Shown here piece by piece: positions 61,280 through 64,000 of a stretch of 64,000 nt of DNA (its first letter is position 1; each line of letters opens with the position of its first letter). Under the pieces are notes generated by a model. The model was given only the letters and a program-made list of their open reading frames with translations, was not told where the DNA came from and ran no database searches. The translations under genes were made by a program, and so were the position numbers. Where the stretch lies: assembly GCA_038087875.1 (NCBI GenBank), contig JAXLNO010004395.1, forward strand, positions 62,001-126,000, written 5' to 3'. Source of the stretch: Malacoraja senta. Lineage: Eukaryota.

Positions 61280-61500
61280 CTCCACTGCCCCCCCCACACA
61301 CACAGACAGAGATACACCCAGACACACACGCAGATAGAGACACACACACACACACACAGCCACAGAAACACAGACACACACAGCCAGAGACACACACACA
61401 CACAGAAACACAGAGACATACACAGACACAGATTCACACACATACACAGACAGACAGACATGCACAGACAGACAGACAGACGGACAGACACACACAGGGT
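61280..61500. repeat. (CA)/(CAGA)-rich simple repeat
   Basis: Directly visible. Confidence 0.95.
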
Positions 61501-62047
61501 TAAATCGCACCCGTACCCCGTCCCGGACATTAACCCCGACACCAATGTTAACACAGACTCAAACCTCCAACCAGGTCTGCTGTTGTGCGGCACCGAACGA
61601 GTTAACACAACCCCCCCCCACCCCCCCACCCCCCCACCACCACACTCAAACACGGCCCGTCGTCCCGCTCCCGGCGTTTAGCGTTGAATACTCACGGCTG
61701 AGTTTGCTGCGGTGCTGGGGCTTGCTGCCCTGTAGACTCCCCCCACCCCCCCGGGTCTGCTCCGGCGGCAGCGAGTGACACAATTTAACGCATTTACAGA
61801 GGAATGTGGATCGATGCATTGTATAACTACTTGCTAACTACTGGCTGTTAGCAAGTGTTATAGTAGGAGTTAACACATCGTTTGTTATCCATGTTCGTTT
61901 TGTAAAAATACGTATGGGTTTTTTAAATCTTTATTTAACATAGCGAATTTGCATTTCCATATGAAATACGGAAAATTAACGCAGGGCCCCCTTGGGCGCA
62001 GGGCCCAATTTGGAAAAATCGGTCCAATCGGCCTAGGACCGGCCCTG

Positions 62048-64000
62048 TATAGCCATGTTTACACCATCTCTAGTAGTCTCATATGGGTTTGTCTTGAATT
62101 TCAGTATTTTATTTGTGAGAACAGGTGAATTCAGGGCCATGATGAATTCATCTCCACTATCTGAAGCCCATCTGTAAGTCTGATTTAGTTTATACAGCTT
62201 ACTGGGTTCCTTTTTTACGTCTTTAGTTTGAACAGGAAATTTTAGGTACACTTGATTTGGCTATGGTCTGAAAGAGGGGACTGCTGCCTAACATGCAGGT
62301 GGGCATGCAGGTGCAGCAGGCAGTGAAGAAAGCGAATGGTATGTTAGCTTTCATAGCAAAAGGATTTGAGTATAGGAGCAGGGAGGTTGTACTGCAGTTG
62401 TACAGGGTCTTGGTGAGACCACACCTGGAGTATTGCGTACAGTTTTGGTCTCCAAATCTGAGGAAGGACATTATAGCCATAGAGGGAGTGCAGAGAAGGT
62501 TCACCAGACTGATTCCTGGGATGTCAGGACTTTCATATGAAGAAAGACTGGATAGACTTGGCTTATACTCGCTAGAATTTAGGAGGTTGAGAGGGGATCT
62601 TATAGAAACGTACAAAATTCTTATGGGGTTGGACAGGCTAGATGCAGGAAGATTGTTCCCAATGTTGGGGAAGTCCAGGACAAGGGGTCACAGCTTAAGG
62701 ATAAGGGGGAAATCCTTTAAGACCGAGATGAGGAAAAACTTTTTCACACAGAGAGTGGTGAATCTCTGGAACTCTCTGCCACAGAGGGTAGTTGAGGCCA
62801 GTTCATTGGCTATATTTAAGAGGGAGTTAGATGTGGCCCTTGTGGCTAAGGGGATCAGGGGGTATGGAGAGAAGGCAGGTACGGGACACTGAGTTGGATG
62901 ATCAGCCATAATCATATTGAATGGCGGTGCAGGCTCGAAGGGCCGAATGGCCTACTCCTGCACCTATTTTCTATGTATCTATGTATCTAACAGTGAATGC
63001 ACTGATAGTGCAGGGGTCTATGTCAGTAATTGCGTAGTCTACCACGCTAGACCCAAGAGCTGAGGAATATGTAAACCTTCCCAGCGAGTCCGCTATGAAC
63101 CTACCATTAACTATGTACAGGCCCAAGGCTCGACAGAGATGCACTACCTCTCTACCACTTTTATTTATTTCACAGTCAAGGTTGTTCTGGTTAATGATAG
63201 TTGGTGTGACATACAAGGGGGTTTGACCCAACACATGGTTGTTGCCCTGTGGGTCTATGGAATCGGGTTCACATCCGGTCCTTGCATTCAGGTCTCCACA
63301 TAGTAGCACATTTCCCTGGGCCTGGAAATGATTGATTTCCATGTGGAGAGTTTCAAATATATCCTCTTCAAAATATGTAGATTCTATTGGGGGTATGTAG
63401 GTGGCACATAGATATGTATCTTTTCCAGTTATTCCAATTGTTTTATCTAGTTTCAACCATATATGTGATTTCCCCTGTTTTATTGATGTAATGTGACTGT
63501 CTAGTTCTTCTTTGTACCACACCAAGACCCCCCGAGAGGTTCTGCCCTTACGTATATCAGTAGTTTTTACTGAGGGCACCATGACTTCATGGTACCCTGA
63601 GGGGCAGTGAATGAACGTATCCTTTCGGTACCATGTTTCCGTTAATATCATTATATCAGTGTCTTCTACAGACTTTAGGAACTCAGGGTTCCCAGTCTTC
63701 ATACCGAAGGTTGAAGAGTAGAGACCCTGGATATTCCAGCAGCCTATATGAAATGAACTCATTTATTTTGTATTTATATTCTATAAAAAATAAATAAAAC
63801 CTATTTTGTGGGACAGGTGCGAAAACACTATTTTTTTCTATAATTGGGGAATATTAGGTAACGTTTTGTATGCCATGGTAAGGCAGACTCGTACTGCCAC
63901 CTAGTAATAATAACTATATTAATAATAGCAATATCAACAGTATTAATAGAAAATATCAACAGTACTAATTCAGTGCAATCATATGCTGTTTTTATCAGTC
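62048..64000 (-). mobile_element. 5' part of a LINE ORF2 (APE; probably RTE-X-like), split by a CR1 and cut by the hAT end
   Basis: GCWNIQGL, ILTETW, TYIPP, CGDLNART, VVDY at 62971-63762, continuing VRQQSPLSDHSQ at ~62290-62048. The clade assignment is inference. Confidence 0.8.
62294..62986 (+). mobile_element. Young-looking CR1 3' end
   Basis: Open 199-aa C-terminal ORF, (TATGTATC)n tail, TSD CTAACA at 62288-62293 and 62987-62992. Confidence 0.92.

Larger units (their letters stand above)
56987..62047. mobile_element. hAT (Tip100-like) composite element without a matching TSD
   Basis: Ends CAGGGCCGGCCTTAGG and CCTAGGACCGGCCCTG; subterminal GGGCCCAATT(T/G)GGAAAAAT at both ends; flanks GGTAGAAG versus TATAGCCA. 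Confidence 0.75.

Noticed and set aside
61051-61681. Long ORFs on both strands (200, 145 and 130 aa)
   Set aside because: They are translations of (CA)/(TG) simple repeats.
62033-62251. Open 72-aa minus-strand frame next to the hAT end, first considered as an MHC alpha1/alpha2 exon
   Set aside because: It follows VRQQSPLSDHSQ, the SDH end of the APE domain whose first part is at 62971-63762. A CR1 with TSD CTAACA splits the two parts, so this is LINE ORF2.

Overview
Vertebrate genomic DNA, very probably an elasmobranch (skate/ray), inferred from HE1-type V-SINEs, HER1-like CR1 LINEs and Penelope repeats. Most of the window is transposon-derived. The only host-gene material found is minus-strand MHC class I-like exons. 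(1) A signal-peptide exon with an X/Y-box-like promoter lies at the left edge; the rest of that gene is outside the window. (2) Two tandem ~6.7-kb paralogous segments (38784-45495 and 46462-56986) each carry an Ig C1-set alpha3 exon and a TM/cytoplasmic exon whose stop codon comes from a CR1 fragment. No convincing alpha1, alpha2 or leader exon was found for either copy. Copy B's alpha3 exon is cut by a hAT element whose two flanks do not match, which points to a transposon-associated deletion. Well-defined elements: a near full-length Rex1/Babar LINE; a full-length L1 with a 16-bp TSD and a nested Rex1/Babar; a Gypsy element with open gag and integrase ORFs but no PR/RT/RNaseH and a fold-back at the junction; a Tc1 with one frameshift; four hAT elements; Harbinger-like MITEs; Penelope GIY-YIG fragments; and many short Penelope-derived repeats with minimal hammerhead-ribozyme cores. 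All alignments and counts were done by eye; no database searches were run.
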